NCBI GenBank assembly: GCA_964384105.1
Contig: CAYLJV010000001.1
Coordinates: forward strand, 512,001-576,000
Direction: 5' to 3'
Source of the DNA: Candidatus Hadarchaeota archaeon
Lineage (GTDB): Archaea > Hadarchaeota > Hadarchaeia > Hadarchaeales > JAGGTB01
DNA length: 64,000 nt
Shown: positions 56,219 to 64,000 of the stretch, piece after piece
Layout: each line of letters opens with the position of its first letter
How positions within the stretch are numbered: the first letter of the stretch is position 1
Position numbers and translations under genes: made by a program
Notes under the pieces: generated by a model
What the model was told of the DNA's origin: nothing
Seen by the model: the letters and a program-made list of their open reading frames with translations, nothing else
Database searches by the model: none

Positions 56219-58036
56219 ATGAAACTCCTGTTAATTCACGCGGATTTTCTGGAGTTCGAGGCTAAAGAAAAGACGAAATTAGCTGAAGACGTTCCAGAGG
56301 AAGAAAAGTCTGGAAGGGCAGAGGAAACTCTCGTTGCTTTTATGGCGATAGAGAGGGAAGACGAGGATAATCCCGACTTAGTGATAGAAAAGGCTTATGA
56401 TGAAATAGAGGATGTTCGAGGGAAGGTTAATGCAGAATCGGTTGTTGTTTATCCTTACGCTCATTTGAGTCAATCTTTATCTTCTCCAGACACCGCGATC
56501 AAGGTTTTAGACGGAATTAAGGAAAGATTAGAGAAGAATGGAGTAGATGTTCTTAGGGCACCTTTCGGCTGGTATAAGAGTTTTAGTTTGAGTTGTAAAG
56601 GACATCCTCTCTCGGAGCTTTCCAGGGAGATCACTCCTGAGGAACCCGAAGAAGAGGTGAAGGAAGTAAAGAGCGGATGGATAGTAATCGACGAAAAAGG
56701 TGAGGAGCACGACCCGCTTAGTTTTTCTGGATCCAAGGAGTTTAAGAAGATAATAAAGTACGAAGTCGAGGACACTGTTGACAAGGGGGAGGAACCACCT
56801 CACATCCGCTTGATGAAAGAGAAAGAGTTAGTTGGTTATGATAAATTGAGCGATCCCGGGAATCTCAGATGGTATCCAAATGGGAAACTCGTCAGGGATC
56901 TGATTATTGACTATGTTAATGGGATAACTATCGACTACGGAGCGGTGAATGTAGAAACACCGGTCATGTATGATCTGGGAGACAAGGCAATTTCGGAGCA
57001 TTCTAGCAAGTTTGGCGAAAGGCAATATAGATTCGAGAGTGGGAATCGAGAAATGGTTTTGCGATTTGCGGCCTGCTTTGGAATGTTCTCTATGATGAAT
57101 GAGATGTTTCTCACAGGTGAGAATTTGCCGTTGAAGATGTACGAGCTTTCTACTTACTCTTTCAGGCGAGAACAAAAAGGGGAACTCATGGGTTTAAGAA
57201 GGCAGAGAGCCTTCACTATGCCTGATATGCATACTGTTTGTAGCGATTTGGACGAAGCGAGAGATGAGTTCGGAAAGCAGGTTAAGTGGACGCTCGAAAC
57301 TGAGAGAGTTTTGGAGCTGAGTTATCACATAATTTTCAGAGCTACTAAGGATTTCTACGAGGAAAATGAAGATTGGATAAAAGCGTTAATAAAGGATATT
57401 GGAAGACCCGCTCTGGCTGAGATTATAGAGGAGAGAAAGCATTATTGGGTGGCTAAGTGTGACTTGGCGGCCTTGGATGCTCTTGGAAGACCCCTTGAAA
57501 ATCCAACGGTTCAGATAGATGTGGAAAGCGCCGACCGTTTTGATATAACCATTTATGAGGACGAGGAGAAAGTCCGGCCTCCGATATTACATACTAGTCC
57601 AACTGGGAGTATCGAGAGGGTTCTTTGTGCCATATTAGAGCGGATTTCTGAAGACGAAAAACCCCAGTTTCCTCTATGGCTTTCACCAACTCAGGTTAGG
57701 ATTATTCCAGTGGGGGAGGAACACCTGGAGCCTTGTCAAGAAATTGCCGAAAAGATCTCTTCTAACAAAATAAGGGTGGATATCGATGATAGGGATAGAA
57801 CGGTAGGTAAGCGAATTAGGCGGGCAGAGAAAGATTGGGTTCCATATACCATCGTTTTTGGAGATAGAGAAGTTGGCTCAGAAGAGGTTCCGGTGAGAGT
57901 AAGGGAAAAGAATAAGGAAATTCCTATGAGTATCGAAGAGCTGATCGAAGAAATAAATGAGAAGGTTAGTGGAAAGCCATTTAGGCCCCTTTCACTCTCG
58001 AGATTGTTATCTAGTAGACCTTCATTTTCTCGATAA
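56219..58036 (+). CDS. thrS: Threonine--tRNA ligase (archaeal type with N-terminal editing domain)
   Basis: LLIHAD, YPYAHLS, APFGWYK, CKGHPLSE, RFAAC, SFRREQ.GE, FTMPDMH, GSIER. Confidence 0.96.
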   Translation: MKLLLIHADFLEFEAKEKTKLAEDVPEEEKSGRAEETLVAFMAIEREDEDNPDLVIEKAYDEIEDVRGKVNAESVVVYPYAHLSQSLSSPDTAIKVLDGIKERLEKNGVDVLRAPFGWYKSFSLSCKGHPLSELSREITPEEPEEEVKEVKSGWIVIDEKGEEHDPLSFSGSKEFKKIIKYEVEDTVDKGEEPPHIRLMKEKELVGYDKLSDPGNLRWYPNGKLVRDLIIDYVNGITIDYGAVNVETPVMYDLGDKAISEHSSKFGERQYRFESGNREMVLRFAACFGMFSMMNEMFLTGENLPLKMYELSTYSFRREQKGELMGLRRQRAFTMPDMHTVCSDLDEARDEFGKQVKWTLETERVLELSYHIIFRATKDFYEENEDWIKALIKDIGRPALAEIIEERKHYWVAKCDLAALDALGRPLENPTVQIDVESADRFDITIYEDEEKVRPPILHTSPTGSIERVLCAILERISEDEKPQFPLWLSPTQVRIIPVGEEHLEPCQEIAEKISSNKIRVDIDDRDRTVGKRIRRAEKDWVPYTIVFGDREVGSEEVPVRVREKNKEIPMSIEELIEEINEKVSGKPFRPLSLSRLLSSRPSFSR

Positions 58037-58050
58037 TTGCAGATTTCTAT

Positions 58051-60363
58051 CTATTGCTTTGGATCATGTATAATGGAGTAGGTCTGTCCTATTGATATTC
58101 CTCCATCTCCCGGTGGAATTTTTTCTTTTCTCACGAAGTTCAATCCATGATCCTTGACCATTTTTTGGGTTGTCCTAGTTATCGAATCGTTGTAGAATAC
58201 ACCCCCAGAAACTCCGATATTCTTTATTCCTCTATCTTTTGCTTCACTTATTGCAATTTGAGCGAATCCTCTAGCTATGGCCTTTTGCGCTGCTGCTGCG
58301 ATGTCTCTTCTTTCAGCTCCGTCTTCTAGTTTATTGACGATCTCGAGAATCAGTTTTTTAACATCTATTAATTCTCCCTCTCCTTTTTTTTCGAAAGAGG
58401 GGTTTATCTTAACAGAGTTAGCATCGCCGGATTCCGCGAAGGCCTCTAGTTTTATAGCGGGTTCCCCCTCGTAGGTTCTTTCGCCACAAACTCCCAAGAG
58501 GCAAGAAATAGCGTCCAATACTCTGCCTGTACTGCTTGTTGAGGGGGTGTTTATGTTTTTAGCGAGCTGTTGGAAAATTATTTTTACCTTATCTTCACTA
58601 AGCCATTTCTCACAATATTTATTCAAAATATCTCCTATCAAGTCGGTATCATTTGAATCCTTCCACAATATTCCGGCCAGCGCCCTTGCAGGGAACTTAG
58701 CTGCCAGATCACCCCCCGGTAATTTGTATGGTTCTATCCCTCCGATTCTCTGGAACCCATTATCAGTATACTCCATTATTTCGCCCCCCCAAATCGTCCC
58801 ATCTTCTCCGTAGCCGACTCCATCTGCTGCGATCCCCACCATCTCATTGACGTTCTTCTCCGCCATTAAGGAATAGAGATGGGCTTTGTGATGTTGTACC
58901 CGAATTAGTTCCGCGTTCATCTCTTCTGACATTTCTTCTCCGAGTTCTGTTGTAGAAAAGTCGGGGTGGAGATCGCAGGCTATATAATCCGGTTTTTTTA
59001 TACCGAGCCAATTCATGAATCTGTCTGCCGTTGACTTCAGATATTCTATGTTTTCAATATTTTCTATATCTCCAAGATACTGGCTGGGGAATATCCTATT
59101 GTCTTTAGAGATTGAGATGGTATTATCCAGATCGGCTCCGAGGCTTAGTATCGACTTTTCGTTTTTTATCTCCGTTTTTATTGGGGTAGGTACATACCCC
59201 CGAGATCTTCTCAAAAAGGCACTTTTTCCTCCACTTAGTCTTACGACAGAATCATCACATCTGTTTATAATTTCCCTATTGTGTAGTAGGAAATAATCCA
59301 CTTTTTCAGAGAGCTTGAAGATGGCCTTTTGATTTTCTATTATCATCGGTAGGCCCGGCATGTTGGCGCTAGTCATAACGTATGCCGGTTCCTTGCCGTA
59401 GTGAAATAAGAGGAAATGAATGCCGGAATAGGGTAGCATGACACCTATTGAATCCAGTCCTGGTGAAATCAGTTCTGATAGGGAGAATTCTTTCCTTTTT
59501 TTGAGTAGGAGGATAGGCCGTTCGTAGGAGGTCAGAATTTCCTCCTCTTTCTTAGTCACTCTGGCGAATTCCTTTGTTTTCTCTAAATTGTTAGACATGA
59601 TAGCTAGAGGTTGTTGTGGTCGTCTGAATCTTCTTCTCAATTCTTCTAGAACTGAGTCATCTGTTACTTTAGAAGCTACGTGCATTCCACCTATCCCCTT
59701 AATTGCGACTATTTTCCCCGAATCAAGTAGTTTGGAAGCTTTTTTTATTGGCTTGTCCGTTTTTATTTCCATGCCGTCGCTTCCATGTAAGCGCATTTTG
59801 GGTCCTTGTTTTGGACAACAATTGGGTTCTGCATGATATCGTCTGTCTGAGGGTTCTGTGTACTCTCTTTGACAATCTTCACAGAGCGGGAAGTCTGCCA
59901 TCGATGTCCTTTCTCTATCGTAAGGTAGACTTTTTATTACAGTGAATCGAGGTCCACAGTTGACACAGGTAATGAAGGGGTAGTGATATCTTCTATCGTT
60001 TGGATCCATCATCTCTTGATAACATTCATCACAAAGGCAGATATCTGGCGGAATTACGGAAGGTTTTCCTCTCTTATCTTGATCGCTCTCAAGTATCCGA
60101 AAATCTTCGAGTCCAGAAACGTTCTGAGACCATCTGGCTTTTACTTTTTCCACTTTTGATAGTGGTGGGTTGTCCTTTTTGAGCGCATGTAGAAACTTCC
60201 GGATGTTTTTTTCTTCTCCTTCTAGGACTATATTTACTCCTGCGTCTCCCATGTTTTTTACTGACCCGCTCAAATTGAATTTCTCTGCAGTCCGGTAGCA
60301 GAAAGGTCTGAAACCCACTCCTTGTACTATTCCCTCTACTTTGACTTTGGCTCTTTTTTTCAT
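58051..60363 (-). CDS. hypF: Carbamoyltransferase HypF
   Basis: VQGVGFRPF acylphosphatase domain, Zn fingers, KGIGG, TSAN, RRSRGY, DLHP, QHH.AH, DG.GYG.DG..WGGE, GDGGIS.GQ. Confidence 0.95.
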   Translation of the reverse strand: MKKRAKVKVEGIVQGVGFRPFCYRTAEKFNLSGSVKNMGDAGVNIVLEGEEKNIRKFLHALKKDNPPLSKVEKVKARWSQNVSGLEDFRILESDQDKRGKPSVIPPDICLCDECYQEMMDPNDRRYHYPFITCVNCGPRFTVIKSLPYDRERTSMADFPLCEDCQREYTEPSDRRYHAEPNCCPKQGPKMRLHGSDGMEIKTDKPIKKASKLLDSGKIVAIKGIGGMHVASKVTDDSVLEELRRRFRRPQQPLAIMSNNLEKTKEFARVTKKEEEILTSYERPILLLKKRKEFSLSELISPGLDSIGVMLPYSGIHFLLFHYGKEPAYVMTSANMPGLPMIIENQKAIFKLSEKVDYFLLHNREIINRCDDSVVRLSGGKSAFLRRSRGYVPTPIKTEIKNEKSILSLGADLDNTISISKDNRIFPSQYLGDIENIENIEYLKSTADRFMNWLGIKKPDYIACDLHPDFSTTELGEEMSEEMNAELIRVQHHKAHLYSLMAEKNVNEMVGIAADGVGYGEDGTIWGGEIMEYTDNGFQRIGGIEPYKLPGGDLAAKFPARALAGILWKDSNDTDLIGDILNKYCEKWLSEDKVKIIFQQLAKNINTPSTSSTGRVLDAISCLLGVCGERTYEGEPAIKLEAFAESGDANSVKINPSFEKKGEGELIDVKKLILEIVNKLEDGAERRDIAAAAQKAIARGFAQIAISEAKDRGIKNIGVSGGVFYNDSITRTTQKMVKDHGLNFVRKEKIPPGDGGISIGQTYSIIHDPKQ

Positions 60364-60381
60364 TTTTCGTAACCAAAATAT

Positions 60382-61710
60382 TTAGTCTAATTTTTTCCCT
60401 ATCTTTAGAGCAATTTCAGAAACTTCAGTTGCTTTTTTTCCCAATATTCTTATCATAGCTTCTTTTCCGATGCTTCCTCTGTCGTAGATTATATTCGGAA
60501 CTTTCCCGAGCTTCTCTATAGCTCTTTCAGTTCCCCAACTCATCGTTTTAACATTTTCAGGTTCATTTTCACGATCGAAACTAGATAATTCATATTCTAG
60601 ATTTTTGCAGATTTCTAAAATTTTCTCGGAGAATTTTATATTCATAGCAGATCTAATCTCGGGGTTTTTTCCCATAACTGTCAGTACTATATTAGTCACG
60701 TGCTCGGACCCGCCAAAGTCGGGTACACCGGTCATGTGGGGGGTCCCTCTGACTTTCACTATTCTTCCGGTGAGGCCTACCACCTCTTTAGGAGTTCTTG
60801 CGTCCTTTTTTGCCATCGCAATATTTGACCCTACTTCGGGAATTAGCCTGGCAAACTCAGGAGATCTTTCCAATTTTTTCGCGGCCTTCTGGACCTCTTG
60901 GATTTCTTCTCCGTTTCCTGTAACTTTCCACATTCTGGCCATCGGGTTGATCGTTTCTACCCCTTTTCCTATCTTTAATCTTCCCCGAACTGCATCTACC
61001 ATAAAGTCACTTGCTTTTTCTATGGAGTGTGGGATGCTATTTCCTTTTGTTAATTCGGCGGTTATAGCTGCTGAAAAAGTGCAACCGGTTCCATGAATCT
61101 CCGGAGCGTCTATTCTTGGCCGCTCAAATTGTTTGAATGAGTTTTTATAATGTAATAAATTGACAATTTTTTCTGTGCTTAGATGACCACCTTTTATTAA
61201 GGCTCCATCGACTCCTATTTCGGATATTTTCTCTGCTGCTGTTTTCATTGTTTCGATGTTATCTATCCGAGTGTCTGAGAGTTTTTCCGCTTCAGGAATG
61301 TTAGGTGTGACTAAAGTAGCTTCTCCTATTAGTTCTTTCAATTTTTTAATAGCCCCTTTTCTTATGAGAGAAGAGCCGGTGGCAGCTATCATTATTGGAT
61401 CGACGACAAGATTTATTTTATATTCTTTGGCCTTTTCGAGTATAGCTTCTATGATTTTCGAGTTACTAACCATTCCGGTTTTGGCCCATTCAACTTCGAA
61501 GTCCTGGGCAACTGAGTCGATTTGTTTTTTTACAAAATCTTCGGGTGTATCCAAAATGCCGTCTACTCCAAGTGTATTTTGAGCTGTTAACGAGGTTATT
61601 ACACTGGTCCCGTGAACCTCTAAAGCAGAAAAAGTCTTTAGATCCGCCTGAACACCGGCCCCGCCACCAGAGTCCGATCCTGCGATAGTAAGAGTTATTT
61701 TTGGTTTCAA
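60382..61710 (-). CDS. thiDN: Bifunctional HMP/HMP-P kinase and ThiN thiamine-phosphate synthase
   Basis: IAGSDSGGGAGVQAD, TPN.PEA, KGGH, HGTGC. ThiN domain LIPEVGSN..FGGSEH..EAMIR. Confidence 0.92.
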   Translation of the reverse strand: MKPKITLTIAGSDSGGGAGVQADLKTFSALEVHGTSVITSLTAQNTLGVDGILDTPEDFVKKQIDSVAQDFEVEWAKTGMVSNSKIIEAILEKAKEYKINLVVDPIMIAATGSSLIRKGAIKKLKELIGEATLVTPNIPEAEKLSDTRIDNIETMKTAAEKISEIGVDGALIKGGHLSTEKIVNLLHYKNSFKQFERPRIDAPEIHGTGCTFSAAITAELTKGNSIPHSIEKASDFMVDAVRGRLKIGKGVETINPMARMWKVTGNGEEIQEVQKAAKKLERSPEFARLIPEVGSNIAMAKKDARTPKEVVGLTGRIVKVRGTPHMTGVPDFGGSEHVTNIVLTVMGKNPEIRSAMNIKFSEKILEICKNLEYELSSFDRENEPENVKTMSWGTERAIEKLGKVPNIIYDRGSIGKEAMIRILGKKATEVSEIALKIGKKLD

Positions 61711-63002
61711 TTTTTGACCTCCAAAATTTCACCTTTCAGGTATGTGGGTCTCGCCTCTGTAATCTCGACACTAACGAATTTTCCGGGTTCTGCATTTTTG
61801 ACTATCACTGGTTTGTAGTTCTGGATTCTGGCTGTATAGCCTCCTTTCTTCCCTTTTTCTATAACTAGTCCTTTGTCTACTTCTCCGACGTATTTTTGGT
61901 TAATTTCATATCCAATTTCTTTAGTTATTTTGGACATTATTTTTGATCTCCTTTTTTTCTCTTCACTCTCTATTTGTTTCATCCTTTTTGCTTTAGTTCT
62001 CGGCATAGGGGTAAATCTAGTAAGGTTGACCTTGTCGGGTTTTATTTCTCTAATAAGATCGCAACTTTTTTGGAATTCTTCTTTCGTTTCAGTTGGAAAT
62101 CCAACGATTATGTCTGTGGCTAAGTAAAGATTTGGAAATTTTTCTCGAAATTTTTCAACAATATCTTTAAAGTGTTCTACTTTGTACCCTCTTTTCATGT
62201 CGTCGAGTACTTTATCACTGCCGCTCTGAATTGGTAAATGTAAGAATTTATAGATTTTTTTGTCAGAAAAGGCTTCTATTAGTTCATTTGTTATCTTTGT
62301 TGCATGTTTTGGGTTCATCATTCCCACTCGAATCCTGAAGTTCTCCTGAATCAAGGTTATCTTTTTTAGAAGTTGAGCGAGGTTCGATTCGATGTCTAGG
62401 CCATAGGCTGCGGTGTCTTGGGTAGTTACATAGATTTGTTTCCTTCCTTCTCTAAGCTCTTCTTCTATTGAGCTTACTATCTCCTTCGGTTTGAAACTGG
62501 TTAATTCTCCTCTTGCAAATTTCACACAACAATAGCTACAGTTTGATGTACATCCTTCTGCTATAGGTATAGGAACACTTATTCGATCACTTCTGAATCG
62601 AGGTCGAGGATATCTCTCAGAGAATCCCTCGATTTTTTTTATATCATCTTCGCCGTTTGAGATTTTTTCTACTACTTCTTCTATTGAGTCGATAGTTTTA
62701 CAGGATATTATCCCAGAAAATGTCCCGATACTTTCTATTTTGTTCAAGTCTATCAAGGGAAGACAACCTGCGACAATAATTTTTTTGTCAGTTTTTTGGT
62801 GTAATTCCTTCAGGCGATAAATTACCTTGTTTAGTGTAGTTCTTTTTACCGCACATGTGTTGACTATAACAATATCGGATTTATCTATACTTTCTACTAT
62901 CTGATGTCCTGCTTCCCTTAATTTACCTAGGACTATTTCGGTGTCTCCTTTGTTCATGGTGCATCCATATGTTTCGCTGTATATCTGCATTTTTTCTACC
63001 AA
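61707..63002 (-). CDS. mtaB: tRNA t6A37 methylthiotransferase (MtaB/CDKAL1-like radical SAM, TRAM domain)
   Basis: TYGCTMN, NTCAVK, AGC, GCTSNCSYC, RVGMMNP, HLPIQSGS, TDIIVGFP.ET. Confidence 0.88.
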   Translation of the reverse strand: MVEKMQIYSETYGCTMNKGDTEIVLGKLREAGHQIVESIDKSDIVIVNTCAVKRTTLNKVIYRLKELHQKTDKKIIVAGCLPLIDLNKIESIGTFSGIISCKTIDSIEEVVEKISNGEDDIKKIEGFSERYPRPRFRSDRISVPIPIAEGCTSNCSYCCVKFARGELTSFKPKEIVSSIEEELREGRKQIYVTTQDTAAYGLDIESNLAQLLKKITLIQENFRIRVGMMNPKHATKITNELIEAFSDKKIYKFLHLPIQSGSDKVLDDMKRGYKVEHFKDIVEKFREKFPNLYLATDIIVGFPTETKEEFQKSCDLIREIKPDKVNLTRFTPMPRTKAKRMKQIESEEKKRRSKIMSKITKEIGYEINQKYVGEVDKGLVIEKGKKGGYTARIQNYKPVIVKNAEPGKFVSVEITEARPTYLKGEILEVKN

Positions 63003-63077
63003 CTATGTTTGTTTTCAAGCAAAAGATACTATCCGATTTTTGAGATTATGAGGAGTGAGTTGGATATTCGATTTTGG

Positions 63078-64000
63078 TTATTCCCAGTCCAGGAGTCTTT
63101 TTTCTCCTTCGAGCTCTTTTATATCGCGTATGTCTTGAGTGATTTCCATAGTTCCCAAATACTCTTCTTTCTCGTTTCTAACAGGATAATACCTTATATG
63201 TACGAATTTTTCACCTAGTTGAATCCAAAATTCTGCTTTTTCTCTATCTCCCTTCTTAAACTCTTCTAGTATCTCTTTAACCACATCGACACTTTTTGGT
63301 GGGTGACAGAATTTTACTGGTCTCCCTAGAATAGAAGGTGCTCGGGGAAACGTTCTATCCCCTCCAGAAAAGAACCTTACTCTGTTTTCGGCATCGATGA
63401 ATGTGATATCGATAGGAAGTTTATTAATTATGGAATTTATTTCCTCCATATTTAGAAAACCAACATCCAATTCTTGATCGTTTTCTCTAATTACTTGGTA
63501 GGTATCGGGCTTTAGTTTTTGATCTCCGAGTATCTTTTTCAGTTCATCGGGTAGCTCTCGGAACTCCTCTTCGGAAAGCTTTTCTTCTATTTCATAAGGG
63601 TACTTTGGTTTTCCATCGTAACTCCATTTTTCATCTGGTTCAATTTTGTAGTATCCGATCTCCTTTTCCTGTTCCTTAACAGCTAACCATTCTTCTCCGG
63701 ATAACAGTTCTTTTAGAGTTGGATAGAGTATGTTATTTTCTCTGAAAACCATATCAACTAGGGAAGAGGAAAGATCCTTTGTTTTATTTATTATTTCCAC
63801 TGTTAGCTTTTCCCAGTTTTCGGATTTATTGGATAGTAAACCGAGGAGATCTTTCACTTTGTCCATATTTTCGTCGTGTTTTCTCCACAATACTCTTGGT
63901 ACAGCTTGTATCCCCTGTCTTTCAATATAAGGAAAGATTATCATTTCCTCTCGCGTGTAGTGGGTTCTATCGATTTGTAGAAGTTGGGCGACGAAAGATC
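63078..64000 (-). CDS. DUF438-type hemerythrin plus PAS domain protein; 5' end lies outside the window
   Basis: Frame is open to the edge (...HYTREEMIIFP). W..HD, M.FRENNILYP, PAS region LPIDITFID...CHPPKS. Confidence 0.8.
   Translation of the reverse strand, partial: SFVAQLLQIDRTHYTREEMIIFPYIERQGIQAVPRVLWRKHDENMDKVKDLLGLLSNKSENWEKLTVEIINKTKDLSSSLVDMVFRENNILYPTLKELLSGEEWLAVKEQEKEIGYYKIEPDEKWSYDGKPKYPYEIEEKLSEEEFRELPDELKKILGDQKLKPDTYQVIRENDQELDVGFLNMEEINSIINKLPIDITFIDAENRVRFFSGGDRTFPRAPSILGRPVKFCHPPKSVDVVKEILEEFKKGDREKAEFWIQLGEKFVHIRYYPVRNEKEEYLGTMEITQDIRDIKELEGEKRLLDWE

Noticed and set aside
1-64000. tRNA, rRNA, CRISPR arrays, integrases or transposases, selenocysteine or pyrrolysine readthrough
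   Set aside because: I saw no cloverleaf or GC-rich RNA gene, no regularly spaced repeats and no recombinase motifs. Recognised genes reach their expected C-termini without in-frame stops. A tRNAscan/Infernal run is needed to exclude small RNAs.

Overview
Gene-dense, AT-rich archaeal chromosomal segment with about 65 CDS. I found no rRNA, tRNA, CRISPR array or intact mobile element. Markers include RadA, Rpo4, L21e, SRP54, ABCE1, archaeal ThrRS/ProRS, pantoate kinase and AcnX/UbiD mevalonate enzymes. These, together with Lys/Glu-rich proteins and salt-related genes (TrkH, MscS, OtsB, a cation-chloride cotransporter, a haloarchaeal-type NAD+ ligase), suggest an anaerobic archaeon from a saline habitat; an MSBL1/Hadarchaeota-like lineage is my inference, not proven. 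Most genes are housekeeping: purine, SAM, NAD, CoA and thiamine metabolism, aminoacyl-tRNA synthetases, cell division and isoprenoid synthesis. The most interesting observations are: (1) a highly divergent RtcB-fold protein that keeps the metal and GMP-histidine residues but has lost RNA-ligase motifs, closely linked to a TIM-barrel metalloenzyme; (2) an STT3/AglB homologue whose WWDYG sequon-reading motif is PWSYG; (3) an unannotated 42-aa ORF coupled to radA; (4) palindromic operator candidates at the cdrS-like/ftsZ2 promoter and the PadR/ino1 promoter; (5) a PolX-NAD ligase operon. All protein assignments come from motif recognition by eye, not database searches.
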